Below are positions 10,328-17,648 of a DNA stretch of 64,000 nucleotides, in pieces. The position numbers were made by a program, and so were the translations under genes. Each line of letters starts with the position of its first letter. The first letter of the stretch is position 1. A model generated the notes under the pieces. That model was not told the DNA's origin. It was given only the letters and a program-made list of their open reading frames with translations, and did not search any database. This DNA comes from Clostridia bacterium (lineage in GTDB: Bacteria; Bacillota; Clostridia; Christensenellales; UBA1242). Location of the stretch: the NCBI GenBank assembly GCA_017541375.1, contig JAFXZE010000005.1, forward strand, positions 448,153 to 512,152, read 5' to 3'.

Positions 10328-10405
10328 ATTTTCTTATTGCCAAAATTGCTTTACAAATGAAAAATATTATGCTATAGTAAAAGAATACTAAAAGGAGAAG
10401 ATAAT

Positions 10406-10648
10406 ATGGTTTTTGATGAAATTTCTTCAATGCTAGCAGAACAACTCAATATTGAGCAGAGTTCTATAAAGCCTGAATCTCGCATAATTGAGGACTTACA
10501 CACAGATTCACTCGACCTTGTGGAAATGCTCATTACATTAGAGGACAAATATAGTATTTCAGTACCTGATGAGGACGCTAAGAATCTAACTACAGTTGGG
10601 AAGTTAGTAGAATATGTAGAGAAGAAAATTGCCGAAAAAGGCGAATAA
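10406..10648 (+). CDS. acpP: acyl carrier protein
   Basis: 80 aa with the phosphopantetheine attachment motif DSLDLVEM. Confidence 0.9.
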   Translation: MVFDEISSMLAEQLNIEQSSIKPESRIIEDLHTDSLDLVEMLITLEDKYSISVPDEDAKNLTTVGKLVEYVEKKIAEKGE

Positions 10649-10649
10649 A

Positions 10650-10677
10650 ATACACGCTATCTAGCGTGTTTTTTTTA
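10650..10677 (+). terminator. intrinsic terminator of acpP
   Basis: Stem acacgcta/tagcgtgt followed by a T-run. Confidence 0.8.
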
Positions 10678-10761
10678 TTAAGATCGAACACCTAGCGTTC
10701 GCGGAGTGCAGCAGCGGTGATGCAAGTAAAAAACACAAGTTAAAAAATTCGAAATTCCCTA

Positions 10762-10790
10762 TTGAAATTTTCTATTTTTTATGGTATAAT
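10762..10790 (+). promoter_or_regulatory. sigma-A promoter, copy A of a duplicated promoter and 5'UTR
   Basis: TTGAAA, 17-nt spacer, TGgTATAAT. About 100 nt around it are near-identical to 12621-12726. Confidence 0.7.
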
Positions 10791-10838
10791 AGCGTTTGTT
10801 ATGATATGAATCATAAAAAATTTTAGAGGAGATATATT

Positions 10839-11918
10839 ATGGGGTTATTTAGGAAGGAAAAACCAGAAGACGTAAGAAAAATGAGAGAGGAGGCGGAGCG
10901 TAGGAGTGCTGCGGCGCAACCCAAGAATGCCACACCTCAGCCAAGAGGTACTACACCTAGGACAATATCACCACAGTCTATAAAGATGCCTGCTAGCACC
11001 ACACAAGTGGAACAGACTAAGCAAGAAGTGCAGGCCACTCCATTTGTCAAAACTGGAGGAAGTGATTTTGATAGGGTAGTAAAAGTGCTTTTAAATTCAG
11101 GAGACAAAAAAAGACAAGCACTTGGTTACTTATTGGTAGATGCATACAATGCCGGAAAAGAAGCTACAGAGAGGTCTTTAGATTCAATTGATGTTCAACG
11201 AATTTTTATGGATGCTGCTGGGTTAAAAGCTGGTAGTGATAAAGCCTTGGATAGTTATGTTTTAAAAGATGCCGGGAAGAATCCTAAAGATGGTTATGAC
11301 AGACTTAGAGTTGTGGCTCAAGATTTATATGATATAGACAAATTCAGTCGTGATGTTATAGCTAAAGTTGCTCAAGATATGAAACTAGGTATTGCTCAGA
11401 CTGTTATAAATGCTGTTGCTATCATTAAGCAAGAAGATGTAAAGGATGAATTAAAAGCAATGCTAGGCGTATCTTCAGATAAAGGTACATCAGCTCCAGC
11501 AAAAGTGGAGACAAAACTTCAATCAGTAAGTGATGAGGAGCTTTATGAAGAAATACAAAGACGAATTGATAAAAGTTCTGAAGGGTATAATCCAACGCCA
11601 GTGAATAATGCCATCGTTGATTTGGGTAAGAAGTCAATAAATTTATTAATGTCTTTGACTGCTCCAGAAGAAAGTGATGAAGAATACGAAGATGACCAGG
11701 ACGAGTTAGAAGAAGATGATGAATTCGATAATTATAATGAAGATCCATTAAAGGGAACATGGAAGAGTCATTTAAAACTGTGGGAAGAGGCTATAAAACA
11801 TCTGCCTAATGATGAATATACAATTGAAGTCGTTGGTGATGCAGTAAAAGATGCAATAAAATTTGTTAGGGAAACTAAGCCTTTAATTAAGTCTGATATA
11901 TCTGATGAAAAAATATAA
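10839..11918 (+). CDS. hypothetical protein, paralogue of 12727-13869
   Basis: RBS gaggag. The N-terminus MGLFRKEK, a low-complexity P/T/Q linker and the domain DFDRVVKVLLNSGDKKRQALGYLL are all shared with the 12727 product. Acidic C-terminus. Confidence 0.75.
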   Translation: MGLFRKEKPEDVRKMREEAERRSAAAQPKNATPQPRGTTPRTISPQSIKMPASTTQVEQTKQEVQATPFVKTGGSDFDRVVKVLLNSGDKKRQALGYLLVDAYNAGKEATERSLDSIDVQRIFMDAAGLKAGSDKALDSYVLKDAGKNPKDGYDRLRVVAQDLYDIDKFSRDVIAKVAQDMKLGIAQTVINAVAIIKQEDVKDELKAMLGVSSDKGTSAPAKVETKLQSVSDEELYEEIQRRIDKSSEGYNPTPVNNAIVDLGKKSINLLMSLTAPEESDEEYEDDQDELEEDDEFDNYNEDPLKGTWKSHLKLWEEAIKHLPNDEYTIEVVGDAVKDAIKFVRETKPLIKSDISDEKI

Positions 11919-11929
11919 GAGGTGAAATT

Positions 11930-12490
11930 ATGAGTAAAAAAGAATATGATGAGAGTAATATGGCAGTGCCAGTTTTTGAGGAGAAAAAGCCTAAGATAAA
12001 TAATATGCGCATTTATGGGGCAGATAATCCGCCATACGACCCATATAAAGTGATAAGTTTTAGAATATCTGGAAATAAATATCACAATTTGTGCGACATA
12101 GGTTTAGGTTTTATAAAAAGCTTTACTAGTGGTGGGTACATATCCCGCAATGAGAGAGAAAGTCGGATGAAAGAATTGAAAATCGAACTAGATATGTATG
12201 AAGATGAGGAAATGAATAAGATTGCCAATCCTAATGATAAGCCACGCAGAGCGCCACTAAGACAACCTTATGATCCATACAAAGTATTGCGTAACAATAT
12301 AGCAAAGTGTGTAACAGGGAAAGAAGATAGAGCTTTGTGTGAAACAATACTCGACTTTATTGAAGGTGCAACTCGTGGTAATAAATATGATGAAGCATGG
12401 CAAAACCGCCTTATACTCAATATGAAAAACAATTATGAGCAGGCTGAAGAAGCAAAAAGTAGGGTTTTTGCTGACGAAATGGCAATGTAG
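11930..12490 (+). CDS. hypothetical protein with an internal two-fold repeat (PYDPYKV modules)
   Basis: RBS agaggtg. PPYDPYKV appears at 12032 and QPYDPYKV at 12266, 78 codons apart. Confidence 0.7.
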   Translation: MSKKEYDESNMAVPVFEEKKPKINNMRIYGADNPPYDPYKVISFRISGNKYHNLCDIGLGFIKSFTSGGYISRNERESRMKELKIELDMYEDEEMNKIANPNDKPRRAPLRQPYDPYKVLRNNIAKCVTGKEDRALCETILDFIEGATRGNKYDEAWQNRLILNMKNNYEQAEEAKSRVFADEMAM

Positions 12491-12647
12491 AAAATAAAGC
12501 AGGGATGACCTGTTTTATTTTATTTCATATCATTTGAGTATTCTTTGTGATGCATTTTTTAAGTATTAAGGTCAAACTGTTGCGACTTTCGCAGTGCAGT
12601 AGAGTCGCTGTAAAAGCGTACAAGCTAAAAAAATTCGAATTTCCCTA

Positions 12648-12676
12648 TTGAAATTTTCTATTTTTTATGATATAAT
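12648..12676 (+). promoter_or_regulatory. sigma-A promoter, copy B of the duplicated promoter and 5'UTR
   Basis: TTGAAA, 17-nt spacer, TGaTATAAT. Flanks are homologous to 10735-10838. Confidence 0.7.
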
Positions 12677-12726
12677 GGTGAGCGTTATGATGATTTCATA
12701 CAAAATATTTTAAGGAGAATAGCAAA

Positions 12727-13869
12727 ATGGGATTTTTTGGGCCTAAAAATTTGAGAGAAGAGTATGAGAGGAATAAGGAAAAAGAGGCAAGGCGCAACGC
12801 TAAGAAGCAAGCTAAAAAAGATAAGATAGAAAAGACTTCTGTAGTGGAGCCAGAGAAAGGAAACGAACCTAATATAGATAAGAAGCAAACAGTAAAACCT
12901 GTTGAACCAGTAAAGCCAGTTGAGCCAGCAAAGCCAGTTGAGCCAAAGGAAGAAACTCCGGTAAAACCTGTAGAACAACCTAAGAAAGACGAGACACATG
13001 TTGATACACCAACAAAGCCAACTGAGGATAAACCAGTAGAGCTAACTGAGAATAAGCCAGCCCAACCAGCAGAGCAACCTAAACAAGAGATGCCGGTTGT
13101 TAGCACTATGGATAGTGAATTGGATAGAGTCGTAAAGAAATTGATAAACTCAGATGACAAGAATAAACAAGCTTTGGGTGAATTATTAAGCAAAGTATAT
13201 AATTGCGCTAAGTTTAGTGCTGATGAAAAATTAAATGCTGGATTTGATAAAGAAGTATTTAGTAGTGTCAAAGTGGCTGCTGGAATAGTTAGTCTAGAAT
13301 CAGGTTTAGCAAAGTCAGTTTTGAGTAGCGTTGTGTATGCAAAGGACGATGCGAAGATTATGGAGAACTTGCGTCACATAGTAGGAGAAGAGGCAAAACC
13401 TGAGGTTAAGATAGTAGAAAAGCCAGTGATAAAGGTGGAGAATGCGGACCCTGTAGAAACTATAAAGACAGGACTAGCGGAAGGCACTCTTTCTGATGAG
13501 GAGAGAAGAGGTTTGTTTGTATTGGGAGCTGAAGCTATGCAAGGCTTAATGAATCAAGATAAAATCGATGCAGCACTAAACCAAGCTATAGTAAGTTTGG
13601 CAAAGGCGGTGGATGATAAGAATTCTGATAGAAAACAAGCTATAAAGCAGGCATTTGCTGAGATGGCGGGCGCGCGTTGGATAGTTGAGGGACACGGATT
13701 GATTGGTTCTGCTAAAGGACAAGAAAAGAACCCCGCAAAAGAAGTTTTTGCTGAGATAGACAGAGCATTTGATGATATGATAGCAGAGCGTTATCCTGAA
13801 GCTATAGAAAATAAGAGTATGAGAGAGCGAGCTAGCAAGACAGAGGAATCTGAAGAAAAAACAGCATAA
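12727..13869 (+). CDS. hypothetical protein, paralogue of 10839-11918, with a VKPVEP repeat linker
   Basis: RBS aaggag. N-terminus MGFFGPKN. The domain ELDRVVKKLINSDDKNKQALGELL matches the 10839 product. Confidence 0.75.
   Translation: MGFFGPKNLREEYERNKEKEARRNAKKQAKKDKIEKTSVVEPEKGNEPNIDKKQTVKPVEPVKPVEPAKPVEPKEETPVKPVEQPKKDETHVDTPTKPTEDKPVELTENKPAQPAEQPKQEMPVVSTMDSELDRVVKKLINSDDKNKQALGELLSKVYNCAKFSADEKLNAGFDKEVFSSVKVAAGIVSLESGLAKSVLSSVVYAKDDAKIMENLRHIVGEEAKPEVKIVEKPVIKVENADPVETIKTGLAEGTLSDEERRGLFVLGAEAMQGLMNQDKIDAALNQAIVSLAKAVDDKNSDRKQAIKQAFAEMAGARWIVEGHGLIGSAKGQEKNPAKEVFAEIDRAFDDMIAERYPEAIENKSMRERASKTEESEEKTA
12892..12945 (+). repeat. 3 x 18-bp in-frame tandem repeat encoding (V/A)KPVEP
   Basis: gtaaaacctgttgaacca / gtaaagccagttgagcca / gcaaagccagttgagcca. 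Confidence 0.85.
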
Positions 13870-13895
13870 AAAGACAGAGTAATCTGTCTTTTTTA
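13869..13895 (+). terminator. intrinsic terminator
   Basis: Stem aagacag/ctgtctt followed by a T-run. Confidence 0.8.
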
Positions 13896-14113
13896 TATGC
13901 CAAGCGGAAGAGATAATCTGCAACCAAAATAGTTTTATCTAGTATATTTAGCCATTTGATAATATTTTTACTAAAAACAAATCGCTACCAATGAAAGTTT
14001 GGGTGTAGTTTGTTGAGGTGCCTATTTTACGTATGCTGCAACGCAGTCGTTGTGAAAGAGTGAAAATATTTGGTTTTTTGGAGAGTTTATGATATAATTG
14101 GGTAGAGGTGGGT

Positions 14114-14386
14114 ATGGAGAACAAAAGAAAACCTGTTTGGTTGATAGTTTTGGCAGTGATATTTTTTCCGATAACTCTGATTTATTTATTAGCTAGACCA
14201 AAACAAAAGGATAAAACAATCACAGAAAACGACGAAAATAAAGCCTTTCCACATGTGATGACCAATAAAAATGATGGAAATGAAGCAAAGGAAATTGACG
14301 ACTACATGTTTATGGATTTGATGGATGAAGATGATGAATTAGAAGAAGAACTTGAGGACGAATTAAAGGGTGACGAGGAGTTTTAA
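14114..14386 (+). CDS. small membrane protein with an acidic C-terminal tail
   Basis: Promoter TGaTATAAT at about 14088 and RBS gaggtggg. One TM helix, then a D/E-rich tail. Confidence 0.6.
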   Translation: MENKRKPVWLIVLAVIFFPITLIYLLARPKQKDKTITENDENKAFPHVMTNKNDGNEAKEIDDYMFMDLMDEDDELEEELEDELKGDEEF

Positions 14387-14387
14387 G

Positions 14388-14627
14388 GTGACTGAAAAAG
14401 TAATAAAAAAAGTAAAGAAATTCGACCCAACCTATTCGTATTTAGATTCTTCTCTGACAGAAAATGAAGCTGCTGTAAGAGAGGCAATAATTAGGGCGAT
14501 AATCACGACGAGAGAATTACAAGAGCGTGTAAAGTTTCATGAAAAATTGAGAGAAGAGTTAAAAAAAGCTGGCGTTATTAAGCATGACCAAAATAGTGAT
14601 GCTAAAGAGGAGGAAAAAATCAAATAA
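14388..14627 (+). CDS. small hypothetical protein
   Basis: GTG 14388 lies 7 nt after RBS gaggag and 1 nt after the upstream stop. The ORF track start at 14370 is an unlikely start. Confidence 0.5.
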   Translation: MTEKVIKKVKKFDPTYSYLDSSLTENEAAVREAIIRAIITTRELQERVKFHEKLREELKKAGVIKHDQNSDAKEEEKIK

Positions 14628-14736
14628 CATAGTCATAATATATACAAGATTTGGGATTAGGTAAGTAAAAAATTCTCAATCAGTTGACAGAAAATGTGAA
14701 TTGTGTTATTTATATCGCTGGAGGCGAGGACGAACA

Positions 14737-15522
14737 ATGAGTGTTTATAGAGAGTTAAATTCAATTTGGCAAAAAGAGTGGAGTAGTATTTCATCCAGAG
14801 CAAGTGGAAATGGTGATTATACGACTAGAAAACTAGAGTTTTTCAACGCAAAACTAGAAGAATTGAGTGTAAACGACCCAAGTAAGTTTAGTCAATATTG
14901 TAGTGATTTTTTTAGTGTGAATAATTCAAAAAGAAAATATTGGGGTGTTTTAGATGCGGCTATGCTTGGAGTAGGAGTGGGGATAATTGTGCCTGCAATT
15001 TTAGGGGCTATAGCTATAACTCCTGTGTTTTTGGGGGCTGTTGCAACTGTTGCAGTGGCTAAAGCAATTACTCATGTAAAACAAAAACGGTATAAAATTG
15101 CCACCAGAGTGATCGAGATTTTACGCGCAAATACGAATAAGATAAAGTTTTTTAGATTTTTTAAAAAGGATAAAAAAGATAAGCATTTCTATACCTTTAC
15201 TAGAGCTGAGTTTTTAGAAAATGAAGATTATAGTAAGGTGTTGCATAAATCTCAAATTCCAGCAGCTGTTGAGAAGCATTTTAGAGAAATTGGAGATAAT
15301 TTGAGTTCTTTTCCTGAGTGGAAAGAAAGTGTAGATAAGAAAAATACCAAAAAACAAGCTAAGAATACTTCGGATGACAGTGAAAGTACGAAAAAAGCTT
15401 GGTACAATAAGTATTTTCCTGCTTTGAGTACAAATGAGCAAATTTTGGATGATGAAAGCATTCCAATGTATTATCCCAAAGTATTTAGTGATGCTGAGCC
15501 AGAAATGATAAAAAGAGCCTAG
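14737..15522 (+). CDS. hypothetical membrane protein
   Basis: RBS ggaggcgagg precedes ATG 14737. Glycine-rich double TM segment, followed by KFFRFFKKDKKDK. Confidence 0.65.
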   Translation: MSVYRELNSIWQKEWSSISSRASGNGDYTTRKLEFFNAKLEELSVNDPSKFSQYCSDFFSVNNSKRKYWGVLDAAMLGVGVGIIVPAILGAIAITPVFLGAVATVAVAKAITHVKQKRYKIATRVIEILRANTNKIKFFRFFKKDKKDKHFYTFTRAEFLENEDYSKVLHKSQIPAAVEKHFREIGDNLSSFPEWKESVDKKNTKKQAKNTSDDSESTKKAWYNKYFPALSTNEQILDDESIPMYYPKVFSDAEPEMIKRA

Positions 15523-15594
15523 AGCTCTTTATTTATTTAGTAGAAATCAAATTACTGGTTTTTAGATATGGGTATTGTGATTTACGTTATGATG

Positions 15595-16032
15595 TTAAAT
15601 ATTAGACTTTAAGAATTCTTTGAGGGAATTAAAATGTTTTTCTTCTAGTGCAAGGAGTTCTTCACACAATCCAATATATTTTGCATCAGCCTCTTTGTAA
15701 TCTGCCAAATCTTTATAGCACTGCAGAGTACCCATTACTGAACCTAGTAACATCATTTCTGCAATGTGTCGAGTGGATTTGTTCGTTAGTGTTGTCATTT
15801 TTATAGATGTCCAAAGTTTGGCCTTTTCAAAAAAATTGTTGTCAGGTAGCTTTTTGTCCTCAGTGTTGTTGGCTATGCATTTGTTAGCAAAATCTTGATA
15901 GCGGGCTTTTTCTTCACGAAGTTCGGTGCGCAATTCTTCACTTTCTGTCGCGCTTTCAATATTTTCAATGCTTTGAATGGCTGTTTGACAGTTTTGATAA
16001 ATGCTAGTAAGTAATTCGAAATTTGTATCCAT
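15595..16032 (-). CDS. hypothetical helical protein
   Basis: RBS aaggag. 145 aa, predicted all-helical. No motif recognised. Confidence 0.6.
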   Translation of the reverse strand: MDTNFELLTSIYQNCQTAIQSIENIESATESEELRTELREEKARYQDFANKCIANNTEDKKLPDNNFFEKAKLWTSIKMTTLTNKSTRHIAEMMLLGSVMGTLQCYKDLADYKEADAKYIGLCEELLALEEKHFNSLKEFLKSNI

Positions 16033-16153
16033 GTTTTACTCCTTTGGCTATATTATAGACTTAGTATTAAAAATTAAACATTTTGTGCGAAATTATTTGC
16101 CAAAGTGAAGAATTTTTGTAATAATTAAAGGGTAAATTAAAAAGAGGTGTAAT

Positions 16154-17086
16154 ATGCAAGAATATGATGTAATCATAATAGGTGGAGGCCCTGCGGGAAT
16201 GACTGCTGGAATATATGCTGCGCGCGCTGGGGCGAAAGTTTTGATGCTGGAAAAAGAGTGCGTTGGGGGGCAAATGGCAGCTACAGCCAAAATAGACAAC
16301 TATCCAGGATTTAAAAGTGTGAATGGTTTTGACCTCAGTCAAACAATGCTTGATCAAGTGACTAATCTTGGAGTGGAAGTAAAATATGTGTCAGTTGATG
16401 TTTTGAACTTGAAAGGAAAAATCAAAAAAGTTCAGGCCGGTGGAGAAACTTATACTGCGCCGAGTGTGATACTCGCAATGGGAGCAAGTGCAAGAGGTAT
16501 AGGGGCAAAAGGTGAAAAAGAGTTTACCGGTAAAGGTGTTAGCTATTGTGCTGTTTGTGACGGGGCATTTTTTAGAGGAAAGACAGTGGCTGTAGTGGGC
16601 GGAGGTAATACCGCAGTGGGAGATGCGATATATTTGGCTCCAATTGTGAAAAAGTTGTACATAATACACAGGCGTGATGTTTTTACTGCTCAAGAGGTGG
16701 AAAAGGCTCAACTTGATAAATTAATCAAAGCAAAGAATAGCAATATTGAATTAAAGCTCAATAACATCATTGAGAGTGTGTCTGGAAGTGGTGTGCTATC
16801 ATCTGTGACATTGCGTAATGTAAAAGACAATACTACAGAAAATTTGGCGTTGGACGGAGTATTTGTTGCGGTAGGGCGAAATCCAAATACTGAGATGATT
16901 GAAGATGTGATTGAACTCAATGGTGGATATATTGTAACAAATGAAAAAATGGAAACTAATGTGGCAGGGGTGTATGCTGCTGGTGATGTGGTGGTAAAAC
17001 AACTTAGACAAATTGCTACAGCTGTGTCAGATGGGGCAATAGCAGGGACCAATGCGGCAGTTTTTGCCAAAAAAAGTAAACAATAA
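16154..17086 (+). CDS. trxB: thioredoxin-disulfide reductase
   Basis: GGGPAG FAD motif, redox CAVCDG, NADPH motif GGGNTA and C-terminal GD motif. Confidence 0.92.
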   Translation: MQEYDVIIIGGGPAGMTAGIYAARAGAKVLMLEKECVGGQMAATAKIDNYPGFKSVNGFDLSQTMLDQVTNLGVEVKYVSVDVLNLKGKIKKVQAGGETYTAPSVILAMGASARGIGAKGEKEFTGKGVSYCAVCDGAFFRGKTVAVVGGGNTAVGDAIYLAPIVKKLYIIHRRDVFTAQEVEKAQLDKLIKAKNSNIELKLNNIIESVSGSGVLSSVTLRNVKDNTTENLALDGVFVAVGRNPNTEMIEDVIELNGGYIVTNEKMETNVAGVYAAGDVVVKQLRQIATAVSDGAIAGTNAAVFAKKSKQ

Positions 17087-17195
17087 TGCAATATTTTGCA
17101 ATTTTTTGATATTTTTTCACTTTTTTTGTTAATTTTATGTCGAAAGTAAATATTTTTTAAATTTTTTCATAAAATAGACAAAGGAGGTGGGCAGT

Positions 17196-17417
17196 ATGAA
17201 TTTTATCGTACCCAATTGGATTGCTTTTATAATTTTGGCAATAGGTGGAATCAACTGGGGATTAGTTGGGATTTTCAATTTTAACTTAGTTGATTGGATT
17301 TTTGGAGGATATAATTTTGGATCAATTTTAATCTATATTTTAGTCCTTTTATCCACGATTTGGTTGTTGTTCGTTGCCTTTAGTCAAGGAAGAATACTAC
17401 TTCGTGATAGAGAATAA
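17196..17417 (+). CDS. DUF378-family small membrane protein
   Basis: RBS aaggaggtg precedes ATG 17196. GGINWGLVG motif and two TM helices. Confidence 0.7.
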   Translation: MNFIVPNWIAFIILAIGGINWGLVGIFNFNLVDWIFGGYNFGSILIYILVLLSTIWLLFVAFSQGRILLRDRE

Positions 17418-17512
17418 ACAAAAACAAGGTCGTTTGACCCTGTTTTTTCTTTTAAAAATTTTATCCAAAACCCTTGCTATTGGATTTTTTTTATGCTATA
17501 CTATAAACACTT

Positions 17513-17599
17513 GCCGAGATGGCGAAATTGGCAGACGCAGTAGACTCAAAATCTGCCGGGAGCAATCCCATGAGGGTTCGAGTCCCTCTCTCGGCACCA
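17513..17599 (+). tRNA. tRNA-Leu (anticodon CAA) with encoded CCA
   Basis: Acceptor gccgaga/tctcggc. Anticodon stem gtaga/tctgc with loop CUCAAAA. Long variable arm. T-arm gaggg-ttcgagt-ccctc. CCA at 17597-17599. Confidence 0.9.
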
Positions 17600-17648
17600 T
17601 TACAAATCTAAGTCGAATACTTAAAATTAAGCTTTTGATTTGGTTTTG

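Noticed and set aside
12892-12945. Whether any repeat in the window is a CRISPR array.
   Set aside because: The only tandem repeats are in-frame 18-bp coding repeats. No repeat-spacer periodicity of 25-40 nt and no cas genes were seen anywhere in the window.
12685-13271. Minus-strand ORFs of 104 and 191 codons opposite the 12727 gene.
   Set aside because: They are antisense to a repeat-rich, well-signalled plus-strand gene. They have no RBS and a low-complexity composition.
16067-16357. Minus-strand ORFs (96 and 68 codons) overlapping the trxB start.
   Set aside because: They overlap the trxB FAD-binding N-terminus and its promoter region, and have no RBS.
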